Of a stretch of DNA of 64,000 nucleotides, positions 10,373 to 19,676 are shown one piece after another. How positions within the stretch are numbered: the first letter of the stretch is position 1; every line of letters begins with the position of its first letter. Location: NCBI GenBank assembly GCA_963771355.1, contig CAVYTA010000006.1, forward strand, positions 2,432,001-2,496,000. Reading direction: 5' to 3'. Made by a program: the position numbers and the translations under genes. The notes under the pieces are model-generated. The model was not told the DNA's origin and made no database searches. It saw only the letters and a list, made by a program, of their open reading frames with translations. This DNA is from an uncultured Candidatus Rokubacteria bacterium. GTDB taxonomy: Bacteria > Methylomirabilota > Methylomirabilia > Rokubacteriales > CSP1-6.

Positions 10373-11290
10373 GTGGCGCGCCTCCCGGCGCTCGCCGCCG
10401 TCCTGCTGCTCGCCGCCGCCCCCGCGTGGGGCGGCGGCGCCATCTCCGTCGTCACCACCACCACCGACCTCAAGGCGCTGGTGGAGGCGGTGGGAGGTGA
10501 CCGCGTGCGCGTGGAGCACCTCGCCCCCGCCATCCACGATCCGCACGCCGTCGAGGTCAAGCCGGCCCAGCTCGCGCGGCTCCGCGAGGCCGCCCTCCTC
10601 GTGCGCATCGGCCTCGACCACGAGCCTTGGCTGGCCCGCCCACTCCGCGCGGCGGGGAATGCCCGACTCCTGCCCCGCGGGCCCGGTGATCTCGACGTGT
10701 CGTCCGGGATCGAGCTCCTCCAGGCCGAGACGGTACGGGCGCGGCCGGAGCGCGGGGGACACGTCCACGGGCTGGGCAATACGCACTACTGGCTCGATCC
10801 CGAGAATGCGCGCGTCATGACCGCGACCATCCTCGGCGGCCTCGCGCGCCTGGCCCCCGCGGACCACGCGGTGTTCACCGCCAACCGCGCCCGCTTCCTG
10901 GAGCGCCTCGACGCGGGGCTCGCGCGCTGGTCCCGGGCGATGGGGCCGCTGGCGGGGCTGCGCGTGGTGGTGACGCATGACTCCTGGCCCTACTTCGCGC
11001 GCCGCTTCGGCCTCGTGGTGGTGGCGACGATCGAGCCGAGCCCCGGCGTGCCGCCCTCCCCGCAGTCGCTGGGCGCTCTCACCACCCGGATGCGCGAGGG
11101 CAGCGTGCGCCTCATTCTCGCCGAGCCCTGGTCCGATCCGTCGGTCATCGCGCAGGTGGCGGCCCGGAGCGGCGCGCGCGCGGTGATCCTGGCCTCATCG
11201 GTGGGGGCGGAGCCGGAGGCGCGCGATTACGTGGCGCTCTTCGACCTCAACGTCCGGCGGCTCGTGGCGGCCGCGACGGCCCCGCGCTAG
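10373..11290 (+). CDS. metal (Zn/Mn) ABC substrate-binding protein, ZnuA/TroA family
   Basis: VVTTTTDL, DPHAVE, NTHYWLDP, THDSWPYFARRFGL. Confidence 0.88.
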   Translation: MARLPALAAVLLLAAAPAWGGGAISVVTTTTDLKALVEAVGGDRVRVEHLAPAIHDPHAVEVKPAQLARLREAALLVRIGLDHEPWLARPLRAAGNARLLPRGPGDLDVSSGIELLQAETVRARPERGGHVHGLGNTHYWLDPENARVMTATILGGLARLAPADHAVFTANRARFLERLDAGLARWSRAMGPLAGLRVVVTHDSWPYFARRFGLVVVATIEPSPGVPPSPQSLGALTTRMREGSVRLILAEPWSDPSVIAQVAARSGARAVILASSVGAEPEARDYVALFDLNVRRLVAAATAPR

Positions 11291-11310
11291 GCGCGCGCGG
11301 GCGCGGCGCC

Positions 11311-12603
11311 ATGCTCGACATCCTCGGCCTTCCCTTCCTCGCCTGTCTCGTGCTCACCGGCATCCACGTCTATCTGGGTCTCCACGTGCTCGCCCGCGGC
11401 GTCATCTTCGTGGACCTGGCGCTGGCCCAGGTGGCGGCGCTCGGCATCACCGTCGCGTACCTGGCGGGGCATCCCATCCAGAGCCCGGCCGCCTACTGGT
11501 ATGCGCTGGCCTTCGCGGTGGCCGGCGCGGCGCTCTTCGCGGTGAGCCGGACCCGGCGCGCCGCAATCCCGCAGGAGGCCATCATCGGCATCGTGTACGT
11601 GGTCTCCGCGGCGGCGGCGGTGCTCGTGGTGGACCGCGCGCCTCAGGGCAGCGAGCACATCAAGCAGCTCCTGGTGGGGGGCATCCTCACCGTGACGCCG
11701 GGCGAGGTGGGCGCGGTGGCCGCGCTCTACGCCGTGGTGGGCGCAGGCCACTGGCTCCTGCGCCGGCCCCTGCTGGAGATCTCGCTCGACCCCGAGGCCG
11801 CGCGGGCCCGGGGCCGCCGCATCGCCGCCTGGGATCTCTGCTTCTATGTCTCCTTCGCGCTGGTGGTCACGAGCTCGGTGCGCATGGCCGGCGTGCTCCT
11901 CGTCTTCTCGTACCTCATCATTCCGGCCGCCCTGGGGACGCTGCTGGCGAGCTCGATCAAGGGCCGGCTCGCCGTCGGCTGGGCCGCGGGGGCCCTGGTG
12001 AGCGCCACCGGGCTCGCGGCCGCCTATCGCTGGGACCTGCCCACCGGCGCCAGCGTGGTGACGACCTTCGGCGCGCTCGCCGCCCTCACCGCGCTCGCGC
12101 TGGGCGCGGGAGCGATCTGGCGCGGCGTGCGGGCCCAGGGCTGGCGCGCGCTCCGGGGGATGGCGCTGGTGGCGAGCACCGCCGTCGCGCTCGCCGGGCT
12201 CCTCCTCCTCGCCTTCCCCGCCATGGATCATCTCTGGCTCGACCTCCTCGAAGCGGGCCTGCCGCGCGTGCGCACCTTCTTTCTCACCGCCCGCGAGCGA
12301 GAGACCGATACGGAGAGCCGCGCGGCGGTGGCCCGCGCCGACGCGGAGCTGGAGCGACTGCGGACGCTCCAGCAGGACGTGCAGTGGGGAACGCGCGGGA
12401 TGCCGCCGGAGATGCAGGAGCGCCTCCGGCAATTCCTCGCCGGCCGCGGTGAGATCGCGGCGGGCGACCGCATGGTGCTGGCGACCTTGCGAGCGCGGGC
12501 CCGCGCTCGTCAGCGGGTGTGGCTCGGCCTGCCGCTCTTCCTGGGCGGCGCGGCCCTCACCGCGGCCGGCCTCCGCCGCCGCGCGGCCGCCACCGGCTCG
12601 TAG
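11311..12603 (+). CDS. metal ABC permease (ABC-3) with C-terminal extension
   Basis: HVYLGLHVLARGVIFVDLALAQVAALG, VVTSSVRMAGVLLVFSYLIIPA; extra TM-coiled coil-TM tail. Confidence 0.85.
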   Translation: MLDILGLPFLACLVLTGIHVYLGLHVLARGVIFVDLALAQVAALGITVAYLAGHPIQSPAAYWYALAFAVAGAALFAVSRTRRAAIPQEAIIGIVYVVSAAAAVLVVDRAPQGSEHIKQLLVGGILTVTPGEVGAVAALYAVVGAGHWLLRRPLLEISLDPEAARARGRRIAAWDLCFYVSFALVVTSSVRMAGVLLVFSYLIIPAALGTLLASSIKGRLAVGWAAGALVSATGLAAAYRWDLPTGASVVTTFGALAALTALALGAGAIWRGVRAQGWRALRGMALVASTAVALAGLLLLAFPAMDHLWLDLLEAGLPRVRTFFLTARERETDTESRAAVARADAELERLRTLQQDVQWGTRGMPPEMQERLRQFLAGRGEIAAGDRMVLATLRARARARQRVWLGLPLFLGGAALTAAGLRRRAAATGS

Positions 12604-13148
12604 AGCTGCCCCGTCTGCACCGTGCGGTGGTAGTGGAAGAGCGTGAGCTCGACCAGGCGTGGGGTGGTGCGTCGCGCGCGCGCCTGCGTGCGCAGGAGGC
12701 GGAGGAACTGCTCCCAGTGCGCGGCGCCGAAGCCCCGACCGGCCGGGCACGCCTCCACCGCGCCGAGCGAGTGGAGCAGCTGCCACACGCGGATATCGAG
12801 CACGCCGTAGCGGCGTGGCTCGATGAGGGTGAGGATGGCGGACGCCGTGGGTACGCTCACGCCGCGCAGCGCGGTCAGGAGCGCCAGGCGCCGACGCTCG
12901 CTCCGGGTAGAGAGCACCGCGCGGGCCACCCGCCGCACGGTGTCGGCGGAGTGCCGGCGGTAGTGAAGTAGCGCGCGGGGACTCTTCCAGCGGCACATGG
13001 CGAGGAAGGCAGCGCGGTCGAACTCGCCCGCGCGCCGCACCCCGCGCAGCCGCTCCATCAGGGCGGCGGTGCCGGGATCCTCGGGCGAGACCGGCACCGC
13101 GCGGAGGAGCGCGGCCAGGCTCCCGAACGGGATGCGGCCGGTGCCCAG
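12510..13148 (-). CDS. hypothetical protein with helix-hairpin-helix DNA-glycosylase-like signature; start uncertain
   Basis: MCRWKSPRA, LTALRGVSVPTASAILTLIEPRRYGVLDIRVW; the upstream part of the ORF is a shadow of the LLM gene. Confidence 0.65.
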   Translation of the reverse strand: MGTGRIPFGSLAALLRAVPVSPEDPGTAALMERLRGVRRAGEFDRAAFLAMCRWKSPRALLHYRRHSADTVRRVARAVLSTRSERRRLALLTALRGVSVPTASAILTLIEPRRYGVLDIRVWQLLHSLGAVEACPAGRGFGAAHWEQFLRLLRTQARARRTTPRLVELTLFHYHRTVQTGQLYEPVAAARRRRPAAVRAAPPRKSGRPSHTR

Positions 13149-13155
13149 GGTCCCC

Positions 13156-14118
13156 TCAGGTGGTGGCGCCGGCTTCCAGCGTCGGCAGGTAGTGCGGCGC
13201 GTCGGGGAAGCCGATGGGACGGATGGCGGGCAGCGTGACACCGGCGTCGCGGTGGGCGGCGACGAAGGCGGCGAGCGTCCGATAGTCGCCGACCGCGCCG
13301 AGCGCGCCGGCGAGACGATCGGGCACCGCTTCCGGCGCGGGCGCGCGATCGTAGGCGGCCAGCTCGGCGCCGAAGCCGCTCTTCTCCAGCATGGCGCGGT
13401 AGAAGGGCAGCGCGAGGTAGCGCGTGAGCTCGCGCTTGAAGAGCGCCAGCGCGGCGCCGCGGTCCACCGTGATGGCCGCGGGCACCGCCGCCACGATCTC
13501 GAAGCCGGCCATCGGCTTGCCGGCGCGCTCGCGGCCCCGCCGGATGGCGGGCAGCGCCTCGCGGCGGATGTAGTCGGGGGCGCACAGCCACAGCACGGCA
13601 CCGTCGGCGATCTCGCCCGCCAGCTCGAGCATCTTCGGTCCGAGGCCACCCAGGAGCACCGGCGGCGGTGCGGGCAGACTGAGCATGCCGCTCTGCCAGT
13701 CCACCTGATACCGCGGCCCCTGGTGCCGGACCTTTCCCGTGAGCGCGCCGCGCAGCACCGTCACGTACTCGCGCATCACGTCGAGCGGACGGCCCATGTC
13801 GAGCCCGAGGCCCTGTCCCACCATGGGGGCGTGGCTGACCCCGATCCCGAGCTGTAGACGTCCGCCGCTCACCTCGGCGAGGGTCAGCGCCTCCTGGGCA
13901 AGCAGCACTGGATGCCGCGGATAGATCGGGATCACGCCGGAGCCCAGGCCCACCCGGGGCGCGACGAAGCCGTAGGCGGCGAGGACGAGGAGGGCGTCGC
14001 GGCCCAGGCCGTGCGTGCACCAGACGCTGTCGTAGCCGAGGGTGTCCGCGCGCGCCGCCAGCGCGATCGAGTCGGCGAGCACGGCGCCCGGATTGACGAA
14101 GCAGGCGATGCGCGGCAT
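13156..14118 (-). CDS. LLM-class flavin-dependent oxidoreductase
   Basis: GYDSVW, LGSGVIPIYPRHPV, GRLQLGIGVSH, GPKMLELAGEIADG. Confidence 0.9.
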   Translation of the reverse strand: MPRIACFVNPGAVLADSIALAARADTLGYDSVWCTHGLGRDALLVLAAYGFVAPRVGLGSGVIPIYPRHPVLLAQEALTLAEVSGGRLQLGIGVSHAPMVGQGLGLDMGRPLDVMREYVTVLRGALTGKVRHQGPRYQVDWQSGMLSLPAPPPVLLGGLGPKMLELAGEIADGAVLWLCAPDYIRREALPAIRRGRERAGKPMAGFEIVAAVPAAITVDRGAALALFKRELTRYLALPFYRAMLEKSGFGAELAAYDRAPAPEAVPDRLAGALGAVGDYRTLAAFVAAHRDAGVTLPAIRPIGFPDAPHYLPTLEAGATT

Positions 14119-14125
14119 CAGCGGC

Positions 14126-14746
14126 TCATGCGCGCGGCCGCACGCCCGCGCCGGCCAGCAGCGCCGCGAGATCGTCGCCCTTGTCCAGCTGATAGCGGAT
14201 GGCCGTCATGCCGACGGTCTTGGCCGCCTCGATGTTCTGGTCCCAGTCGTCCACGAAGACGCACTCGGCGGGATCCAGTCCGAGCCGCCCCGCGGCGAGC
14301 CGGAAGATCTCCGGCTCGGGCTTGGCCATCCCCACCTCCGCCGAGCAGACGATGTCGTCGAAGAGGTGGTGAATGCGCATCTCGTCCTCCAGACGCCCGC
14401 GGAGCGAGCCGTCGGCGTTGCTCAGCACCGAGAGCTTGTAGGGGGGGCGGAGGCGTCCGACCAGCTCGAGATTCGCCGCGATGGGGCGCTGGGCCCGACG
14501 CCACTCCTCGTGCAAGGCCGGCAGCGCCCGGCCCGCGCGCGTCTCGAGCTCCGCGTGGGCGCGCGCCTTCCAGGCCTCGGCATCGCCGATGCCGCGCTCG
14601 ATGTCGCGCCAGGTATCGGTGCGGTAGAGAGTCTCGAAGATGGATGAGCGGGGCAGACCATGCTGCTCGGAGAGCGTGCGTGCCACGTCCCAGCGCATGT
14701 CCCAGAGGACGCCGCCGAAATCGAAGACGACAGCTCGGAGGCTAAT
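14126..14746 (-). CDS. HAD family phosphatase, probable ATT start
   Basis: Motif I LRAVVFDFGGVL lies upstream of the annotated ATG 14698; LSN, KPEPEIF and FVDD motifs present. Confidence 0.85.
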   Translation of the reverse strand: MSLRAVVFDFGGVLWDMRWDVARTLSEQHGLPRSSIFETLYRTDTWRDIERGIGDAEAWKARAHAELETRAGRALPALHEEWRRAQRPIAANLELVGRLRPPYKLSVLSNADGSLRGRLEDEMRIHHLFDDIVCSAEVGMAKPEPEIFRLAAGRLGLDPAECVFVDDWDQNIEAAKTVGMTAIRYQLDKGDDLAALLAGAGVRPRA

Positions 14747-15014
14747 AGCGTCCGGACTTCAAGTTCATGCCCGAGCCGGCGGGAGGGACCTCCTTCACCT
14801 TCGGGGTACGATCGCCCGACAACGACACCCAGCCGCGTTGCTGGAGACATTCCTCGTTGAGGACGCGGCCCTTGGTGCAGGCCTTGCTGTCGCGCTCGAA
14901 CTCGGAGGCGCTGTAGTCACCGCTCGGCTTGTACCACTGCCGCTCCGGCTCCAGCGACTGGCAGCCGGCGAGGAGAATTCCGAGCGCGAGCGCCGAGGCC
15001 ATCAAGCGGTTCAC
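14742..15014 (-). CDS. small lipoprotein
   Basis: Hydrophobic signal with lipobox LAGC, two further Cys; GTG start 7 nt after a TATCAT -10 box. Confidence 0.7.
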   Translation of the reverse strand: MNRLMASALALGILLAGCQSLEPERQWYKPSGDYSASEFERDSKACTKGRVLNEECLQQRGWVSLSGDRTPKVKEVPPAGSGMNLKSGRY

Positions 15015-15040
15015 GACGCACATGATACCATGCGGCCGAA

Positions 15041-16063
15041 ATGCTAGAGACTACCATCGCGGGAAGCCTCCCCAAGCCGGCCTGGCTGGCCGCGCCGCAG
15101 GCGCTCTGGGCCCCCTGGCGGGCGGAGGGCGCCGCGCTGGAGGAGGCCAAGCGCGACGCGGTGGCGCTGGCGCTCCGCGAGCAGGAGCGGGCGGGCATCG
15201 ACATCGTCACCGACGGCGAGCAGAGCCGCCGGCACTTCGTGTGGGGCTTCGTCGAGGCGCTCGACGGGGTGGACTTCACCAAGATGGTCACCATCGGCAT
15301 CCGCGCCGACCGCTACCAGGCCGACGTCCCCACCGTCACCGCCCCCGTCCGGCGCCGCGGCTCCATCCACTCCGCCGAAGTCCGGTTCGCGCGCAGCCAG
15401 ACCCAGCGGCCGCTCAAGTTCACCATGCCGGGGCCCATGACCATCGTGGACACCATCCACGACGCGCACTACCGGAGCCGCGCGCGCCTGGGCATGGCGC
15501 TGGCGCGGCTCATCAACGAGGAGGCGCGCGAGCTGGAGGCGCTGGGGGTGGACGTGATCCAGCTCGACGAGCCCGCCTTCAACGTGTACATGGACGAGGT
15601 GCGCGACTGGGGGCTGGAAGCGCTGGACACCGCGGTGGACGGCCTGCGCTGCCGCACCGCCGTCCACATCTGCTACGGCTACGGGATCAAGGCCAACACC
15701 GACTGGAAGCAGACCCTCGGCGGCGAGTGGCGCCAGTACGAGCAGACCTTCCCCCTGCTGGCCCGGAGCCGCGTGGGCGGCGTGTCCCTGGAATGCGCGG
15801 CCGCCCGGGTACCCATCTCGCTGATCGGCTTGCTCGGCGACAAGGACATCCTGCTCGGCGCGGTGGACGTGGCCAGCGACAGCGTCGAGACGCCGGCGCA
15901 GGTGGCCGCCGTCATCCGCGAGGGCCTCAAGCACGTCCGGCCCGAGCGCCTGTTCCCCTGCACCAACTGCGGCATGGTCCCGCTCACCCGTGACGTCGCG
16001 GTCGGCAAGCTCCACGCGCTCGCCGCCGGCGCCGCCCTGGTCCGCAAGGAGCTCGGCGGCTAG
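15041..16063 (+). CDS. mesD: core (folate-independent) methionine synthase, MesD-like
   Basis: GSLPKPAWLA, TDGEQSRRHF, PGPMTIVDT, QLDEPAFN, AVHICYGYGIKANTDWK, TNCGM; single catalytic barrel only. Confidence 0.75.
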   Translation: MLETTIAGSLPKPAWLAAPQALWAPWRAEGAALEEAKRDAVALALREQERAGIDIVTDGEQSRRHFVWGFVEALDGVDFTKMVTIGIRADRYQADVPTVTAPVRRRGSIHSAEVRFARSQTQRPLKFTMPGPMTIVDTIHDAHYRSRARLGMALARLINEEARELEALGVDVIQLDEPAFNVYMDEVRDWGLEALDTAVDGLRCRTAVHICYGYGIKANTDWKQTLGGEWRQYEQTFPLLARSRVGGVSLECAAARVPISLIGLLGDKDILLGAVDVASDSVETPAQVAAVIREGLKHVRPERLFPCTNCGMVPLTRDVAVGKLHALAAGAALVRKELGG

Positions 16064-16084
16064 ACCGTCCCGCCCCGCGATCCC

Positions 16085-16843
16085 CTAGGCGACCTTGATG
16101 ATGCCCGGCTCCACCTCGTCGAAGCGCTTCGCCACCTCGGGGTCGTGGCCGGTGACTACCCTCGCCGGCGAGCCGGCCAGCTCGTCGATGCGCTCGAAGC
16201 CCTGCAGCATCTGCGGCAGGTTGGTGATGATCTGCACCGGATCGCGCCGCTCGATGTTCCGGTAGAAGTGCGAGGCGTCCGACGTCAGCACCACGGTGCC
16301 CTTGGCCGTCTCCACCGAGACCACCTGAAGCCCGGCGGTATGCCCGCCGATCAGGTGCGCGGTGATACCCGGCAGCACCGGCGTCTCGCCCTCCACCAGG
16401 CGGACGCGCCCGGCATAGTTCAGCTTGACCAGGTCGGCCAGCGGTTCCGCCTCGGCGAAGAAGCGGTAGTGGGCGTGCTGCCCCCCGAAGCCGGTCCAGA
16501 ACGCCATCTCCTCCCGCTGCACCCAGAAGCGCGCGCCGGGGAAGAACTGGTAGCCATCCCAGTGATCCCAGTGCAGGTGCGAGATCAGAGCCACCGGCAC
16601 CTCCGCCGCCTTCACCCCCACCCGCGCCAGCATGTCCGCCGGGCTCACCCACTTCCGGGCCTCGCGCCGCTGGGCGTCCGCGGCGGAGAATCCGGTGTCG
16701 AGCACGATGGGATAGGGGCCGCCCAGGATCACCCAGAGGTAGAAGTGGAGCGTGAGCGTGTCCTGCGATGGCTCGCGGAAGAAGAACGTGCACTGCTTGG
16801 TGTCCCGCTCCGCGTACTTGAGCGCGTAGATCTGATAGGGCAT
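16085..16843 (-). CDS. metallo-beta-lactamase fold, N-acyl homoserine lactonase family protein
   Basis: LDTGF, SHLHWDH, GGHTAG, SDASHFY, TGHDP. Confidence 0.85.
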   Translation of the reverse strand: MPYQIYALKYAERDTKQCTFFFREPSQDTLTLHFYLWVILGGPYPIVLDTGFSAADAQRREARKWVSPADMLARVGVKAAEVPVALISHLHWDHWDGYQFFPGARFWVQREEMAFWTGFGGQHAHYRFFAEAEPLADLVKLNYAGRVRLVEGETPVLPGITAHLIGGHTAGLQVVSVETAKGTVVLTSDASHFYRNIERRDPVQIITNLPQMLQGFERIDELAGSPARVVTGHDPEVAKRFDEVEPGIIKVA

Positions 16844-16875
16844 GGCGCGGATGCCTCCTCGCGAGGGATGAGGGC

Positions 16876-18501
16876 TCAGTAACCAAGGGCGGCGCCGTCG
16901 CTGCGCGGATCGCAGGCGCCCAGGCGCTCCCCCGTCTCCGGGTCCAGGGTGATGCCGTGCGCATGGCCGGCGCGCTCGTTCCAGTCCGCCCAGCGGTTGA
17001 TGACGTGGCCGCGCCGGGCGAGCTCGTCGAAGGTCCGCTCGGGGAATCGGCCCTCCATGTTCAGGAGGTCGCGAGGCTCGCCGAGGCCGAAGCGGCCGGA
17101 CAGCCACCGTGGTGCGCTCACCGCCTGCTGCGCGTCGAGGCCGAAGTCGATCATCGCGGTATAGGCCTGCAGGTGGATCTGCGGCTGACCGTCGGCGCCC
17201 ATGCAGCCGAATACCTGCCAGAGCCGGTCGTCCCGGAAGGCGAGCGACGCGATCAGGGTGTGCAGGGGCCGCTTGCCGGACTCGAGGCGATTGGGATGAG
17301 CGGGATCGAGCGAGAAGTAAGCCCCGCGATTCTGCAGCACGATGCCCGTCCGCCCGGCCACCACCCCGGCGCCGAAGAGGCCGTAGAGACTCATGATGAG
17401 CGAGGCCGCGTTGCCCTCGGCGTCCACCGCCGCCACGTACACCGTGTCGCCCACCAGGCTTCCCGCGTCGGGCACCCGGTCCCAGGGCAAGGCGCGCGCG
17501 GGGTCGATCACCCGCCGGCGCTCCGCGATGTAGGCGTCGGAGAGGAGCCGCGACACCGGCACCTCCACGAAGCGCGGATCGCCGAGCACGCGGTCGCGGT
17601 CATGGAAGCTGATCTGCTTGGCCTGGATGAGCAGGTGCACGTGATCCGGGCCGAGATACTCGAGATCACCGACGTCGAACCCCTCGAGGAGCCGGAGCAT
17701 CTGGAGCACGGTGACACCTTGAGTGGGCGGCGGCGTCTCGAAGATGGTGACGCCGCGGTACCGGGCGGACAGCGGCTCCCCCCACTCCGCGCGCTGGGCG
17801 CGAAAGTCCGCCGCGGTGGTGAGCCCGCCGCGCCCGCGCGCCCAGCGGGCGATCTCGCCGGCCACCTCGCCCTCGTAGAACTCAGCGCGCCCGGTGGCGC
17901 CGATGGCCTCCAGCGTCCGCGCGAGATCGGGATTCCGGAGCGTCTCCCCCGCGCGGGGCGGCCGACCGCCGGGGAGAAACAGCGCGGCGGCGTCGGGATC
18001 CGCCGCGAGCACCGGCGCGGTCTCCGTGATCGCGTGCGCGAGCCGCGCGGTGGCCGGGTAGCCGGCGCGCGCGTACTCGACGGCGGGGGCGAGGAGACGC
18101 GCGAGGGGCAGCCGCCCGTACGCGGCATGGGCCTCGAGCCAGCCGTCCACCGCGCCGGGCACCGTCACCGTGGCGGGCAAGACGCCACGGTAGGGAATCT
18201 CCATGAGGCCGCGCGCGCGAAAAGCGTCCAGCGTGGCGGCGGCGGTGGCGGCTCCGCCCGCGTCGAGGAAGCGCACGCCGCCGGCACGGGCAGGATGGAT
18301 GAGCCAGAAGGCGTCGCCGCCCACGCTGGTCATGTGCGGGTACACGACCGCGAGCACCGCGCTCGCCGCGATGGCGGCGTCCACCGCGGAGCCGCCGGCG
18401 CGCAGCGCTTCCCGGCCGGCCTCCGAGCCGAGCGCGTGGGGGCACGTCACCATCCCACGCCCGGCCCGCGCCAGCGGCCTCTCCGTCTCCACGCTCTCCA
18501 T
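16876..18501 (-). CDS. ggt: gamma-glutamyltransferase family protein
   Basis: GGSAVDAAIA, GGDAF, GDTVY autocleavage Thr, LQNRGAYF, KRPLHT, GACDPRSDG. Confidence 0.92.
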   Translation of the reverse strand: MESVETERPLARAGRGMVTCPHALGSEAGREALRAGGSAVDAAIAASAVLAVVYPHMTSVGGDAFWLIHPARAGGVRFLDAGGAATAAATLDAFRARGLMEIPYRGVLPATVTVPGAVDGWLEAHAAYGRLPLARLLAPAVEYARAGYPATARLAHAITETAPVLAADPDAAALFLPGGRPPRAGETLRNPDLARTLEAIGATGRAEFYEGEVAGEIARWARGRGGLTTAADFRAQRAEWGEPLSARYRGVTIFETPPPTQGVTVLQMLRLLEGFDVGDLEYLGPDHVHLLIQAKQISFHDRDRVLGDPRFVEVPVSRLLSDAYIAERRRVIDPARALPWDRVPDAGSLVGDTVYVAAVDAEGNAASLIMSLYGLFGAGVVAGRTGIVLQNRGAYFSLDPAHPNRLESGKRPLHTLIASLAFRDDRLWQVFGCMGADGQPQIHLQAYTAMIDFGLDAQQAVSAPRWLSGRFGLGEPRDLLNMEGRFPERTFDELARRGHVINRWADWNERAGHAHGITLDPETGERLGACDPRSDGAALGY

Positions 18502-18533
18502 CGAGCCCGATTGCGCCGCGCGTCTCACGCGAG

Positions 18534-19022
18534 CTAGAGCGCGCGCTCCATCCAGAGCTCGGCGCGGCGGTTGCCGTTGTAGTCCGGCACGTCGAGGAAC
18601 CCGTAGGCGCGGTAGAGGTGCACCGCGGCCGCGAGCCGCTTCTCGCTGTCGAGCCGCAGCCGGCGGCAGCCGAGCGCGCGTGCCTCCGCGAGACAGGCGT
18701 CCATCAGCGGGCGGCCGAGCCCCTTGCCCTGATGCGCGGGGCGGATCCACATGCGCTTGAGCTCGCCGATGCCGGGCTCGAGGCGCCGCACCGCCGCCGT
18801 CCCCACCACCTCGCCGCCCGGGTCCACCACCACCAGGAGCACGCCGTGGTCGCCGTCATAGACCGATCGCCACTGGGCGATGTCGCGATCGAGCCCCTCA
18901 CCGTCCAGCGTCTCGCCGAGGAAGGCCAGGTAGGCGGCGAGCTCGCGCGCGACCGCGCCGTCATCCGCGTCCGTCGCGCGCCGGATCCGGTAGCCGGCCG
19001 CCTCAGCGGCGCTTGCGCGCAT
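18534..19022 (-). CDS. GNAT family N-acetyltransferase
   Basis: ELKRMWIRPAHQGKGLGRPLM, AVHLYRAYGF. Confidence 0.88.
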   Translation of the reverse strand: MRASAAEAAGYRIRRATDADDGAVARELAAYLAFLGETLDGEGLDRDIAQWRSVYDGDHGVLLVVVDPGGEVVGTAAVRRLEPGIGELKRMWIRPAHQGKGLGRPLMDACLAEARALGCRRLRLDSEKRLAAAVHLYRAYGFLDVPDYNGNRRAELWMERAL

Positions 19023-19629
19023 GCGAGGCGAGCCCCCGCTCCCAGAGGTATTCCGTCTCGCCGAGCCGCTGGCCCACCCAGCGCGAGAGCACGAAGAGAA
19101 GATCGCTGAGCCGGTTGACGTACCGCAGGGGCCACGGCGACACCGTCTCGGTCCGGGACAGCGCCAGCACCCGCCGCTCCGCCCGCCGGCACACCGTGCG
19201 CGCCTGGTGCAGGAAGCCGCCCACCCGGCCGCCGCCCGGGAGCACGAAGGACTTGAGCGGCTTGAGGTCTTTCTGGCACTGGTCCATCAGCTTCTCCAGC
19301 GCGGTCACCTCCGCCTCGCCCACGCGGTGCATGCCCTCGTAGACGCCGTCCTCGGGAGTGGCCAGCTCGCTGCCGAGGTCGAAGAGCTCGTTCTGGATGC
19401 GGCGGAACACCTCGTCGAGCCAGCGGTGATCCTTCCCCCGCTTCGAGCTTCCCTTCGTGAGGTTCTCCGCGTTGAACACGCGGGCGAGCCCGATCACCGC
19501 GTTCAGCTCGTCGATGGTCCCGTAGGCCTCGATGCGCGGCGCGTCCTTGGCCACGCGGCGGCCGCCGACGAGCGCCGTCTCGCCGCCGTCGCCGGTGCGC
19601 GTGTACACGCGAGTGATCCGTATCGCCAT
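19003..19629 (-). CDS. pduO: cob(I)yrinic acid a,c-diamide adenosyltransferase (PduO type)
   Basis: VYTRTGDGGET, RIEAYGTIDELN, QARTVCRRAER, YVNRLSDLLF. Confidence 0.93.
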   Translation of the reverse strand: MAIRITRVYTRTGDGGETALVGGRRVAKDAPRIEAYGTIDELNAVIGLARVFNAENLTKGSSKRGKDHRWLDEVFRRIQNELFDLGSELATPEDGVYEGMHRVGEAEVTALEKLMDQCQKDLKPLKSFVLPGGGRVGGFLHQARTVCRRAERRVLALSRTETVSPWPLRYVNRLSDLLFVLSRWVGQRLGETEYLWERGLASHARKRR

Positions 19630-19652
19630 GCGCCCGTCCTCCCGGGCCCAGG

Positions 19653-19670
19653 CTAGCACAGTGCTAGACT
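19653..19670. promoter_or_regulatory. back-to-back extended -10 promoters forming a palindrome
   Basis: CTAGCAC-A-GTGCTAG; + strand TGcTAGACT lies 6 nt before ATG 19677, - strand TGcTAGCCT points to pduO. Confidence 0.55.
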
Positions 19671-19676
19671 GACGGC

